Positions 37,700 through 50,511 of a DNA stretch of 64,000 nt are shown here, one piece after another. The first letter of the stretch is position 1; the number at the start of each line of letters is the position of its first letter. A program made the position numbers and the translations under genes. A model generated the notes under the pieces. That model searched no databases, had not been told where the DNA came from, and was given only the letters and a program-made list of their open reading frames with translations. Origin of the DNA: Chiloscyllium plagiosum (taxonomy: Eukaryota); contig NC_057749.1 of the NCBI RefSeq assembly GCF_004010195.1, forward strand, positions 15,503,690 through 15,567,689. The letters run 5' to 3'.

Positions 37700-39278
37700 C
37701 GACGCACTCATTTGATTGGCGGAACTGGTCCTCACACTCAACTTCTCCTTCAAATCCTCCCACTTCCTTCAGACCAAAAGGGTAGTCGTGGGCATCTGCA
37801 TGGGCCCCAGCTATGCCTGTCTCTTCCTCGGGTGCATGGAACAGTCCATCTTCCACAGTTACACCGGCACTATTCCCCACCTTTTCCTCTGTTACATTGA
37901 TGACTGTATCAGCACCACCTCGTGCTCCCATGAGGAGGATGAACAGTTCATCAACTTCACTAACACCTTCCACCCTGACCTTAAGTTTGCCTGGACCATC
38001 TCAGACACCTCCCTTTCCTCCCTGGACCTCTCCAACTCCATCTCCGGCAACTGATTCAACACAGACATCTATTTCAAACCAACTGACTCCCACAGCCACC
38101 TAACTATACCACCTCCTGTGAAAATGCAGTACTTTACTTCCAATTCCTCTGCCTCCACTGTCTCTGCTCCCGGAAGGAGTAATTCCACTCCAGGATACCC
38201 CAAATGGCCTCCTATTTCAATGCCACAATTTCCCTTCCCACTTGATCAACAATGCCCTCCAGTACATATCCTCCACTTCCTGCACCTCCGCCCTTGAACC
38301 CTACCTCTCCAACCGCAACAAGGTTAGAACCCCAGCCCTCACCTTGTACCCCATTAATCTCTGGATACAGCACATTATCCTCTGCCATTTCCGCTATGTA
38401 CATTCAGACCCCACCACCAGAGATATATTTCCCTCCCCACCTGAACTGCGTTCCACACAGAACATTCCCCCCATGACTCCCTTGTTAGGTCCATGTCCCC
38501 CACCAATACACCCTCCAGTCCCGGTACATTCCCTTGCCACTGCAAGAGGTGTAAAACACCTCAATCCAAGGTCCCAAAGGGTTTTTTTCACATCTGGCAG
38601 AGATTTTCCTGTGCATCTAAATACCTCATCTATTGTGTCCATTGCTCTCGATGTCATCTCCTCTACATTGGGGAGACAGGATACCAACTTTTGGAACATT
38701 TCAGGGAACATCTCTGAGTCACACACACCAAACAACCTCACTGACCCATGGCCAACCATTTCATCTCCCCCTCCCACTCCGCCAAGGACATGCAAGTCCT
38801 GGGACTCCTCCACCACCAAACTCAAGCCACCCGACACCTGGAGAAAGAATGCTTCATCTTCGCCTTGGGACCTTCCAACCACACGGCATCAATGGCAATT
38901 TCACCAGTTTCCTATCTCCCCTTCCCCCCATCTCATCCTAGATCCAACCCTCCAATTTGGCACCAACCTCTTGAACTGTCTTGCCTGTCCATTTTCCTTC
39001 CCACCTATCCACTCCACCTTCCCCTCTGACCTATCACTATCATCCCCCACCTGCATCTACCTATCACCTTCCCAGCTACCTTCGTCCCAGCTACCTTCCC
39101 CTCACCCACACCCCCGTATTTATCTCTCAGCCCCCTTCCCCCCGCCACATTCCTGATGAAGAGCTTATACCCAAAACATTGATTCTCCTGCTCCTCATAT
39201 GCTGCCTGACCTACTGTACTTTTCCAACACCACAGCTTTTGACTCTGATCTCCAGTGTCTGCAGTCCTCACTTTCTCT
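37700..39278 (+). mobile_element. Penelope-like retroelement (RT + GIY-YIG), 5' truncated, decayed; inserted into a LINE 3' tail
   Basis: AELVLTLNFSF, MGPSYACLF, YIDD, TDIYFKPTDS; GIY-YIG-like LIYCVHCSRCHLLYIGET; host tail resumes at tgagaaacttatcagccatgattgaatgg. Confidence 0.92.
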
Positions 39279-39570
39279 TGAGAAACTTATCAGCCATGAT
39301 TGAATGGCTGAGCAGACTCAATGGGCTGAATGGCCTAACTTTTGCTCCTACATCTTATGGTCTTATGTGAACCACATTACTCCATGCAGTTCCAAAGTTG
39401 CCAGTCACCACCTTCCTGCACTCATTTGCATTTTCCTGCCGTCTGCTCCTCTGCTATGCCCTTCTCAACATAAGGAATCGAGCAGGAGGAGGCCATTCAG
39501 CCCCTTGAACCGGCTCTACAATTCTGATGTGACCTTAAGTCCACTTTCCTGCTTAGCTTCTTTTGACTCA

Positions 39571-39700
39571 GGCAGATGAAGAGCAACAAGTAATTCTCCT
39601 GACAGCTTGTGGAACCACAGCTTTCTCAGTTATTAGGGGCCTAACTTCCCCTGAGGTACTAGAAACTAAAAACTTTCAAGAGTTGATGGATTTAGTTAAA
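39571..39700 (+). mobile_element. Gypsy gag fragment of the 12.4-kb family
   Basis: ggcagatgaagagcaacaagtaattctcctgacagcttgtgga matches 12773-12817. Confidence 0.75.
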
Positions 39701-39899
39701 ATGAACTGTTAGAGGTAGCAGTGGATGCAGGTTCAGTTACAACATTTAAAAGACATTTGGATAAGTACATGAATAGGAAAGTTTTGGATGAATATGGGCC
39801 TAAAGCAAGCAAAAGAGACTGGTTTAGTTTGGGAACATGTTCAGCATGGACTATTTGGACGGAAGGGTCTCTTTCCATGGTGTATGATGCTATGACTCC

Positions 39900-40123
39900 G
39901 TTTTAGATTAGAGTGGTGCTGGAAAAGCACAGCAGGTCAGGCAGCATCCAAGGAGCAGGAAAATTAACATTTCGGGCAGGAGCCCTTCATCAGGAATCTG
40001 AAGGGCTCCTGCATGAAACATCGATTTTCCTGCTCCTCGGATGCTGCCTGACCTGCTGTGCTTTTCCAGCACCACTCTAATCTTGACTCTGATCTCCATC
40101 ACCTGCAGTCCTCACTTTCATCT
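39900..40123. mobile_element. Penelope-derived palindromic insertion in a CR1 tail
   Basis: ~85-bp inverted arms agattagagtggtgctggaaaagcacagcagg / cctgctgtgcttttccagcaccactctaatct; flanking direct repeat ctatgactcc 39890-39899 / 40124-40133. Confidence 0.82.
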
Positions 40124-40485
40124 CTATGACTCCCTTGCAAATCAGAAGTATCTCTAACTCAGCCTTGAATATATTCAGTTATCTTTACCCCTCCCCACTG
40201 CTTTATTAGGGAGAGGATTCCAAAGATTAGCATCCTTCACAAAGAAGAAATTCCACTTCATATCTGGGAGACCGCTTACTCTTACATCTTGTCCCATAGT
40301 TCTAGGGCCCTCCATGAGGAGAAAGGTCCTCTCAGTACCTACTGAGCTAAACCACTCAGAACCTTACACATCTCAGTAAGATATTTTGTCTCAATAAAAG
40401 CCAAAAGAATGGTAGAATTCAGAAACAAAATCAGAAATTGCTGGAAAAGCTCAGCAGGTCTGGCTGCATCTGTGTTGAGAAAACA

Positions 40486-40525
40486 GAGTTAACGTTTCGG
40501 GTCCAGTGACCCTTCTTCAGAACTC
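40486..40525 (-). ncRNA. Minimal type-I hammerhead ribozyme motif (Penelope-associated)
   Basis: Minus strand GAGUU-CUGAAGA-A-GGGUC-ACUG-GACCC-GAAA-CG-UU-AACUC: 5-bp stem I, intact core, 5-bp stem II, palindromic ACGU stem III. Confidence 0.8.
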
Positions 40526-41366
40526 AGATGGCTTGTCCGTCTGCCCTATCTCACTTTCCTACACTCTTCCCCCTCCTCCCTACACATTACCTCTCCCTTC
40601 TGATCCTTTGCCCTGACCCAACCTTTCTCACCTTCCCCTGCTTTCTACACTCTTCTGGTTTCTCCCTAAGCTCCATCCTTGACTGGTGCACAGAATTCCC
40701 TTCCTCCACATCCTCTCCTGGATTCGATATCAATGCTTCTCCCCCATGTCCATCTTCAAAGCCCTCATCTTTGTTGACTGCCCTTTCAGTCGTCTCTCTC
40801 AACTTGTCCCTTGCCTCCAGGTCAGTACATAATCCATAAAAACGATTACCCTAACCTCCGTTCCATATCACATCCTCAGATGCTTTGCTTTGTAAGAAAT
40901 GCCTCATGAATTTTAGTTGATGTCGATTTTATACCAAAATAAACCATTTCATCCTCTTTAATTGGTATTTGTACGGTGGTGTGTATGACGCTATTTATTG
41001 CTTCCCTGAGAAATTCAAATTAACCAAATGTCAGATTTTTACTGAATAAACCTCATTATTTTTCTGTCACACATCGCATTATCATCGATGCATGCGCTTT
41101 CTTTCCAGTTGAGATCTGTGACTCCAAAGCAGCAAATAATCTTGTTGTTTTCATACGCGGCTCAGATTTTCAGAATCCTTAACATCAAATTTCCGCCTCA
41201 GGAAACGCAATCCATTATTTGCTCTCTTTTGAATAAGATGTAAAGGCCAGAGTTTGGAATAATTTAACTATCACTGTTTGTTCACAACTTGATGTCAAAA
41301 TCATTACATCTGGTGATCCACAGCCTCTGAGCTGCAGGCTTTAGGAAGCTGACCATGAGCTGGTTT

Positions 41367-41552
41367 GCTGGAGAAATCTGAGCTGAAAATGTGTTGCTGG
41401 AAAAGCGCAGCAGGTCAGGCAGCATCCAAGGATCAGGAGAATCGACGTTTCGGGCATAAGCCCTTCTTCAGGAATGAGGAAAGTGTGTCCAGCAGGCTAA
41501 GATAAAAGGTAGGGAGGAGGGACTTGGGGGAGGGGCGTTGGAAATGCGATAG
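41367..41552 (-). mobile_element. Penelope-like 3' end
   Basis: Nearly identical to the arm of the 6631-6888 insertion, extended into the C-rich 3' UTR. Confidence 0.82.
41440..41475 (-). ncRNA. Minimal type-I hammerhead ribozyme motif, second family
   Basis: Minus strand AUUC-CUGAAGA-A-GGGC-UUAU-GCCC-GAAA-CG-UC-GAUU; GUC triplet, ACGU palindrome; stem I weak (one U.U mismatch). Confidence 0.68.
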
Positions 41553-43129
41553 AAATCTCCAAAGCAACAACTTATATATGGGAGTGGCATTGACATGATG
41601 GGCAGAATGGCCTCTTTCTGTGCCATAATAAAACATAGAACAGTGCAGCACAGTGCAAGCCCTTCAGTCCTCAATGTTGTGCTGGCCATTTATTCTATTC
41701 TAAGATTCGACTAACCTACACATCTTTCAGTGTACTATCATCCATGTGTTTATCCAAGAGTCGCTTAAATGTCCCTAATGTATCTGACTCTACTACCGCT
41801 GCTGGCAGTGCATTCTACACACCCACCACTCTCTGTGTAAAAAACCTACCTCTGACATCTCCGCTAAACCTTCCTCCAACCACCTTAAAATTATGCCCCC
41901 TTGTGGTAGTCATTTCCGCTCTGGGAAAAAAGTCTCTGTCTACCTCCTAATACCTCCTGATAATCTTGGTTTCTGTGATGTTGCTTCAGGGATAAAGAAC
42001 ATATTTTATAAGGTGCATCTTCCATTTACACCTTATCCATTCACAGGCTTTGGTGACAAGATCAGTATTTATTGCCCACAGGGCAGTTAAGAGTTAACCT
42101 CATTTGCTGTGAGTCTGGAATCACATGGGTAAGGACAGGCAAATATCTTTCATTGAAGGACATTAGCAAACCAGGTTAGTTTTTAACAACAATTGAAATG
42201 GTCATCGTTAGGTTAACTTCCAATTCTAGGTTTTTATTGCATTCAATTTTCACCATTTGCCATGGTGGGTTTTCTTTACCCTCTATCCCTAGAGCATTCA
42301 CTTGGGTTTCTGGATTACTGGTATGATAATGTTACCACTATGCTATCCCCTCATTGACAGCACAGTCCAAACTCTCAATCTCTACCATCTAGAAGGACAA
42401 GGGCAGAAGGCACAGAGGGTGGAGGGGGGAACGCCAGCAGCTACAACCCTCCTGCAGGTCGCGCACCCCATCTCAACACAGGACTATGCTGATTACTTCT
42501 TCACTGTCACTGGGTTAGAATCCTGGAGCTCCCACCCCAAAGGCACTTTGAATGTCCCTCCAGCCCAGGGACTGCAGTGGTTCAAGAATGCAGCTCACCA
42601 CCACCCTCTCAAGGGGCAACTGGAGGTGGGTAATAGCCTTACAAGCCTTGACAACAACCAGAAATCGATCAATTCTTAAAAGTATGTTGCTATTGCGGAG
42701 CTGACTTTTATGGATGGGAAGCACTTGTTAAGGGCCCTGTTGTGATGTTGGTCTCAGTAACAGAGAGTGTGGATACTGAAACTAGCATTTCCAATGAAGT
42801 AGATTGAGGTGAAATCTCAGGAATTGAAAGCTGGTCACTCCATTGAGCCATCCTAGAGAGGCTGAAAAGGTTAAGCATATTTTCTTTAGGCATCCCTGTT
42901 AATATAATATTATCCCAGGCTGATGGGGAAAAGACTGCTTGGTTGAGGGTCAATTGACTAAGGTAGAGTCTATTCACTTTGTAGTTGACCCTGCAAGTGA
43001 GTGGGGGTAGGGGCACAGAGTGAGGGTGATTGTCTTGATCGACCAATGGTGGGAGAGCAGGTGGAGGTAGTCAGAGCTCATGGACATCTCTCGTCATACA
43101 TCCAGCTTGTGTTAGCAAGTACTGTAACT

Positions 43130-43650
43130 AGTTCTGGTCACCCTGTTAATAGGAAGGATAATATAGAGCTGGAGAGGGTGCAGAAGAGATTTACCAGGAT
43201 GTTGCCAGGAATGGAGGGTTTGAGTTATAAGGAGAGGTTGGATAGCTGGGACCTTTTTCACTGGAGATTAGGAGCTTGAGGGGTGACATTACAGAGGTTT
43301 ATAAAAGTGGTATAGATAAAGTGAATGGCAGGTATCTTTTCCCTAAGGTGAGGGATTTCAATACAAGGGGGGCATATTTTTAAGATGAGAGCAGAAATAT
43401 TTTAAAAAGCCATGAGGGGCAATTTGTTTTACACAGAGAGTAGTTCGGATGTGGAATGAACTCCCAGAGGAAGTCGTAGATGGGGGTGCAGATACAACAT
43501 TTAAAAGACATTAAGATACGTACATGAATAAGAAAGGTTTCGAGGGATATGGGCCAAGTGCAGGCAGGTGGGACTAGTTTAGTTTGGGATTATGGTCAGC
43601 ATGGACTGGTTGGACTGGGGGCATCTGTTTCCATGCTGTATAACTCTATG
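43130..43650 (+). mobile_element. CR1 LINE 3' fragment
   Basis: RKDNIELERVQKRFTRMLPGMEGLSYKERL plus 3' UTR. Confidence 0.87.
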
Positions 43651-44374
43651 AGTTGATTCACTTAGTTAGATGGAGGATAAGAAAGGACAGTGAAGGACAA
43701 GGAATCAGTGTTTCCTGTTGGAAATTATGCAGAGAATCGTAGAATTATACAGTACAGAAAGAGGTCATGCAACCTATTGAGCCTGGTCTGGATCCTGAAA
43801 GATCAACCTAGCCAATCCCATTCCTCAGCCCCTTCTCTGTAGCCCTCGATATTCATCACTTTCAAATATATATCCAGCTGTCTGTTGAAACCTCTCTATG
43901 GAATCCGTCTCCACCATGCTGCCAGGCAGCTCATTCCAAATCCTAACAACTCTCTGAGTAAATAAATTTCTTCTCCTCTCACTCCTAGCGCTCTTGCTGA
44001 CAATCTTGAAATTGTGGCACCTAGTTACTGACATACCAACTAGTAGTAACGGAATTTCCTTTTTAATCCTGTCAAATGAATAGGAAGGGTTTGGAGGGAT
44101 ATGGGCCAAGTGCAGGCAAATGGGACTAGATTAGGTTATGATATCTGGTTGGCATGGACAAGTTGAACTGAAGGGTCTGTTTCTCTGCTGTACATCTCTA
44201 TGACTTTATGACTCCAAGTTGCTAATGTGAAGGGAATTATTTTCTCAGTCCTGCTGGGTGGGTGGGAGAACAAGTGGAGAATGTCAAAATTATTCACCTC
44301 CATCTCACTGCAGGAGCTTCCTGATCTTTGCATGGGCCATCACAGCTCCCTTCCTCTCTCACTGCTGCTTTAGT

Positions 44375-44770
44375 GGAAGACTGGACCTAAGCTGGGACAC
44401 ATTTCTCTGCACTCCACACACTGCTCCTGCATATTGACAAGCTGCTATTTCCTCAGAGTACTTAGGGAGAGCTGCTCTGCTGGAGGTGACATCTTCCAGA
44501 TAAGAGATTAAACAAATGCCCCGTTTCCTCTCTCTCTCTCTCTCTCTCTCACGTAGTTGTGAAAGATTAAGATACTATTTGAGAAGCAGCAGAGTTCTCG
44601 CTAAAGTCCTATCCATCATCACTAACAAACTGGTCATTATCACATTACTTTTCATGGGACCTGGCTACTGTATGGATTGCCACATTTTCTATGTCCCACC
44701 AGTGACTACATTTTCAAAGCATTCACTGGCTATAAAGCATTTTGCAAATCCGTGAAAGGCAAGATTTTCT
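44375..44770 (+). mobile_element. Degenerate DeuSINE (SacSINE1/AmnSINE1-like) with an internal (CT)n
   Basis: ggaggtgacatcttccagataagagattaaac...ctggtcattatcacatt...cagtgactaca...cactggctataaagcattt. Confidence 0.65.
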
Positions 44771-45213
44771 TTTCAAAATCTTTCTTTGTTTGTTACATCT
44801 TCCATTCTGAGGTGCTTTTGTGTAAATAATCTATCAGGCTCAGATCATGATTAAGTTCATACAACAGACTCTCAGCATTATCGGCCCACATGGAAACACT
44901 GATGAAACATTATTTGTCTAGTGATGTAGTAATGTGTATGCCATCATATATAAATTGTATATGTCAATTTATCTTTGAAAATTGAGAATTTGAATCAACT
45001 AGACCGTTCGTATTGAGCTCCAAAACATTGAATTATTTTGTGGACCAAATGAAATTAAGGATTTCAACACTGTCAGCATTTCCAATTTCTTAAGTCTACA
45101 ATCAAGTAAATCTTCCAATAGGTAAACTATTTGAAACCCAGACTATTACAAGTCAAGAGTGTGATGGAATACTCCCCACTTGCCTGGATAAGTGCACTCA
45201 TGAGTTTGACACA

Positions 45214-45470
45214 CACTGTCCTTGTCCTTTTGGTGGGTAAGGGTCACAGGTTTGGAAGGTACTGTCAAAGGTGCATTGGTGAGTTGTTGCAGTGCATCTT
45301 GTGGATGGTACACACTGCAGCTACTGTGCCTCAGCGGCGGAGAGAGTGAATGTCAAGCAGTAGCTGCACAGTGTACCATCCACAAGATGCACTGCAGCAA
45401 TTCACCAATGCTCCTTTGACAGTACCTTCCAAACCTGTGACCCTTACCCACCAAAAGGACAAGGACAGTG
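45214..45470. repeat. Long inverted repeat: 113-bp arms, 31-bp spacer
   Basis: 45214-45326 versus reverse complement of 45358-45470: 5 mismatches by manual comparison; lies within an old LINE copy (~45146-45655). Confidence 0.95.
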
Positions 45471-45879
45471 GATACATGAGTACAACACCAACTGTAAGTT
45501 CCCCTTAAAGCCCAACACCATCCTGAGTTGGAACAAGAGTTGTCACTGCTTCATGATCAAAATCCTGGAGTCTCCTTCCTTACAGAACCGTGGATGTACA
45601 ACACAGCAGCAGTTCAAGAAGGTGGTTTACCAACAGCCCTTCTTGTGGGTAATACTGAGGCAATGCCACTGATAATTCAAAACACAGGCTAATGTTCTGA
45701 GGACATGGGATAAAATGGTGAAATCTGAAAGCTGTAAAAAGAGGAAAGAAAAAACCTGGTCTAATGATGATGATATAACCACTGTTAATTATCTTAAAGA
45801 CTCACCTGGCTCACTAATATACTTTAGGGAATTTGCAATATTTACCTGTCTGACCTCTATGTGACAGCAGACCCAATCA

Positions 45880-47085
45880 TCTTTAGCTCTTCCATCAATG
45901 ATCTTCCCTCCATCATAAAGTCAGCACTGGGGATATTTCCCAATGATTGCACAATCTTCAGTACCATTTGCAACTTCTCAGATACAGAAGAAGTTCATGT
46001 CCAATTGCAGCAAAACTTGGACAATATCCATGTTTGATCTGACAAGTGGCAAGTAAGATTCACACCACACAAGTACCAAGTCAAAGCCATCACCAACAAA
46101 AGAGAATTTAATCCTCACCCTTGACATTAAATGCCTTTACCCTATTATTCAACATACCATTGACCAGAAACTGAACTGGACAAGAATAGGTCAGAGGCTA
46201 GGAATCCTGCAGTGAGAAACTCATGTTCTGACAACAACTTTTTCACACAGAGGGTGGTACGTGTATGGAATGAGCTTCCAGAGGAAGTGGTGGAGGCTGG
46301 TACAATTGCAACATTTAAAAGGCATTTGGATGGGTATATGAATAGGAAGGGTTTGTAGGGATATGGGCTGGGCACTGGCAGGTGGGACTAGTTTGGGTTG
46401 GGATATCTGGTCGGCATGGACAGGTTGGACCGAAGGGTCTGTTTCCGTGCTGTACATTTCTATGACTCTATGACTCCCCACTTTACATCCACCATACACA
46501 AGGAGCAAGTCAGGAAGAGATGGAATATTTCCACTTCCCTGGATGAGTGTGGTTCCATCCACAATCAAGAAGTTTGGCATCATCCAGGAAAAAGCAGCCC
46601 ACTTGACTGGCACCACATCTAACACCTTGAAGATTCACTCCCACCACCACTAATGCACAGGGCTAACCATGTGTACCGCATAGAAGGCGCACTAGCTGAG
46701 GCTCATCAAGGCTCCTCTGAAACTCTTCCAAATCCCAGAGCTGTACCATCCAGAAGGAAAAGGGCAGCAGATGGTGGAATGATAGAGCAGGCTTCAAGGA
46801 CTGAATGGCCACTCCTGTTCCTATGTTCCTATACTCTTAGATACATGGGGACACTATTAACAGCTAATTTCCCACTAAATCACTCACAATCCTGACTTGG
46901 AAATATATCGCCATTCCTTTAGTGTCACTGGATCAAAATCCTGGAATTCCCTCACTTACAACTCACTTGTGGGTCTAATGGTTTAAGTAGGCAGCTCACC
47001 ACCACCTTCTCCAGAAGCAGTTAGGGATAAGCAATAAACACTGACTAAGCCTGTGACACCCACTTCCTGCAAAACAAATAAAAAA
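45880..47085 (+). mobile_element. Old LINE family copy (RT end to 3' UTR) with a nested CR1 3' end at 46233-46474
   Basis: catcaatgatcttccctccatc...gacaagtggcaagtaa..ttcacaccacacaagt; nested CR1 ends in (ctatgact)n. Confidence 0.78.
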
Positions 47086-47589
47086 TAACTTATCATTCGC
47101 AATTGGCAGAATTGCCTGTCAATGATACAAAAGCAAAATTTTGCAAAAAACCGAAAGAACTCCGGATGCTGGAAATCAGAAGCAAAAATAGAAATTTCTG
47201 GAGAAGCTCAGCAGGTCTGGCAGCATCTGTGGAGAGAGAAACAGAGTTAATGTTTTGGGTCCTTCTTCAGAACTCAAAGTTGAGTTCTGTAGAAAGGTCA
47301 CTGGATGGGGGAAAGATGAATTCAAAATTCTGCAGATGCTAGAAATCTGAAATAAAAACAGAAAGTGCTGGAAACACTTGACAAGTCTCTGTGGAGAGAG
47401 AAAGCGAGCTAATGATTCAGGTTGAAATGACCGATCTTCAAAACTGAAGAAAGGTAGAAATGTTTTTAAAAGTTTTCAAGTCAGTTGAAATGGGACTGGG
47501 GTGGGCTGTCTGGAGTAAGGAAAGGGAAGTAAGATCTGTGATTGATGGAGGCTGAGGAGATTAAATATCAAAAGATTTCTTGATACAAG

Positions 47590-47988
47590 TGGAGGGTTGG
47601 AGGCTGAGGGGTGACATTTTAGAGGTTTATAAAATCATGAGGGACATGGATAGAGTGAATAGTCAAGGTCTTTTCTCCAGAGGATAGGGGAGTCTAAAAC
47701 TAGAGGGCATAGGTTTTAAGGTGAGAGGAGAAAGATTTAAAAGGGACCTCAGGGGCAACGTTTTCACACAGAGGGTAGTGCGTGCATGGAATGAGCTGCC
47801 AGAGGAAGTGGTGGGGGCTGGTACAATTACAATATTTAAAAGGCACCTGGACGGGTATATGAAGAGGAAGGTTTAGAGGGATATGGGCCAAATGCGGGCA
47901 AATGGGACTAGATTAATTTAGGGTATCTGGTTGGTGTGGGCAAGTAGGACCAAAGGGTCTGTTTTCGTGTTGTACATCTCTATGACTG
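47590..47988 (+). mobile_element. CR1 LINE 3' fragment
   Basis: ggaggctgaggggtgac...tagagggcataggttttaaggtgagagg...tgtacatctctatgac. Confidence 0.87.
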
Positions 47989-49756
47989 CAACAGATAAAC
48001 AGAATGTAATTGGTGCGGTAAAGGGACAAAGTTATGACCAATCAAAGTGTAAATGGCTACTTCACAAGAGCTGAAAGCAATGTGAGGTGTTAAGAGAAGG
48101 AACCAGACAAGACCAACCTGGCCAATGAATTGCAATATGCTCCAGAGCTACCAATATGCACCGTCTATGCTCATTTCTAAACTTTTGGCATTTGGGGCAC
48201 GGCAAGCTAGAGACATATGTCCTCCTTGTGGATTAATTCATACAGAAGGTTAACCTTTAAACACTTATTAGGCCTGGCAGACAGAGAATGCCAAGAAAAC
48301 TTGGTTTATAAGGTGCTTCAGACCCAGCAAAGTAATCCTCTTCAGAAATGTCGGTGTTGGCAACGCACATTGTGAGCAAAGTAAGCAGACAGTATTGTGC
48401 AAGAGACACAGATCCTGCTTATTGGAAGACAAAGGTGGAGTGGCCTTTGATTTGTGTCCTGATGTTGTGAAAGGTGCTATAAAAATGTACTTTCTTCCTT
48501 TCCCTCAATCAAATGCAAGACAGACCACCTTCATATGTTTAACAGATATTCATTTGCAGCAATTTTAAATCAGGCTCTCATTGATCATTTTAAATGATTT
48601 GCTTGTCCTAGTCTGAAAATTAACTAATTCTCTCTGACTCTAATCTTATTTCATATTGACTGAAAAAAAGGCTGCAATTTTCCATTCAAGGAACACGCAA
48701 ATGAATCAATATAACAGTCAAAGGTGTTTAAAACCTCTTGTAGTAAATTGATTGGTACATATTTCACTTCAGCGGTGGTGGGAGATGCAGTAACTCTTTG
48801 ATATATTGTAAGGAGGCTCTCAGGTTAGTTCTCATTCTGAACTTGCTGTGCCCCATCCCTCTACATTGCCTTCAGTTGGAGAGCTAGCTTGAATACTGGA
48901 TGGGGCACAGTTTTCATGATATAGCAGGTTTTCAGAATTAGAATTAGAATTAGTATTAGCTTTATTATCAGAATGTCAGTGCCGAGTCACTGTGAACATC
49001 TGAGGTCAGGAGATGGGGATGGTGCTGACAGTGATTTCCCAGAGTTTTTCTCTCCATGTCGGCTGAAGGATTTTTTCCTGTGTGTTATCTTTAACCTCTT
49101 CCAGGTGTTTATGTGATTCTGGATTAGCCAGGAAAAAGGACATGTCTAATACTGAGTGTGGTCCAGGTTTGATAGACCAGCTGGGTATTCCCAGCCATTG
49201 AGATTCCTATATCCATAGGAAATTATACAGCTGGTGCCAAGCAAGGAGTTGAGTAGGTTGGACCTGTACTCAGGAGAGTTTAAAAGAATGAGATGCAACC
49301 TCATAGAGATTCTTAGGGGATTTGACAGGGTAGATACATAAAAGTTATTTTCTCTTGTGACAGAGTCTACACCAGGGCACATAACTTCAGAAGAAGACAG
49401 AGATGAGGAGGAATTTCTTCTTTTAGAGTGGAGAGTGTCTGTAAAATCTTTTACTGCAGTGGGCTGTTGAGGTTGGGTCATTAAATATATTCAATAGAAA
49501 TAAATGGATTTTTAATCAGTAAGGGAATCAAGGCGGGGAGGGAAGGCAAGATTCTCAGTCAGCCATGATTTCATTGACTGGTGGATTAGACTTGATGGGC
49601 TGAATGGCGTACTCCTGCTTCAATGTTTTATCATCTTACAGACAATCCCAGTGCAGACAGAGAATGCTGCAGTACAGGTTGAATAGGCACACATCAACTC
49701 CACGCATCTTGCATTATACACACAACATACACATTCTCCTGCAATAGCATGATATA

Positions 49757-49758
<2 letters not shown>

Positions 49759-49836
<78 letters not shown>
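49759..49836. repeat. Perfect (AC)39 microsatellite
   Basis: Uninterrupted ac run. Confidence 0.97.
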
Positions 49837-49838
<2 letters not shown>

Positions 49839-50511
49839 CCAATAATGTGCACATTGAACCTCTGATCTCACCCATCCTGTTGTGTCCCCCTGCTGCAAGG
49901 TACTGAGAACCAAGGGTCCAATAGTTTTATTTAAATAGAATCATTTCCAAATGTGGTTTGGGAAGAGAGCATCACCTGAGGGGTAAGTTTGTAGGTAAGT
50001 TTGCTCCCAATCAGCTGCATCATGCTATGAGTCTCAGTGCCTTACTGATGAGGGAGAGTGACAGCAGTGATGGAAGATAAGGATAACAAATCCAGCTCTT
50101 TGGTATCCAGATCACACTAACTCAGGGATGTTCTGGCCCAAGTGCCCATCAGTGTGCAGGTAGAGAATTGGTCTGTTCAATCAAAGACACACAGCAGAAG
50201 ACTGCACACTGAGTACTGACACTCTTAAATTGTGGGACCACTGACGGTGAAACAGATTCTCCATTCATTCAAAAAAACACAACACGACAAGACACAAATG
50301 GAGAATTGTTCGCTCAGACGTGGTTTAGATTGTTGTGGGTTGTAGTTGCTTGAATCTTATTCAGGAGACCATTTACATAATAAAATTATTAACCCAGTGG
50401 GTTTCCTCTCTGGATTCCCAAGTAAATTATACAATTGTGTTACATACATTGAACCGGTAATCAACAACCTTGAAAAGAATTTAGTAGATTTATATTGAGA
50501 GGCAAGTTATA

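Noticed and set aside
38242..39156. 304-aa Pro/Ser/Thr-rich ORF
   Set aside because: Frameshifted Penelope sequence and its C-rich UTR; not a host gene
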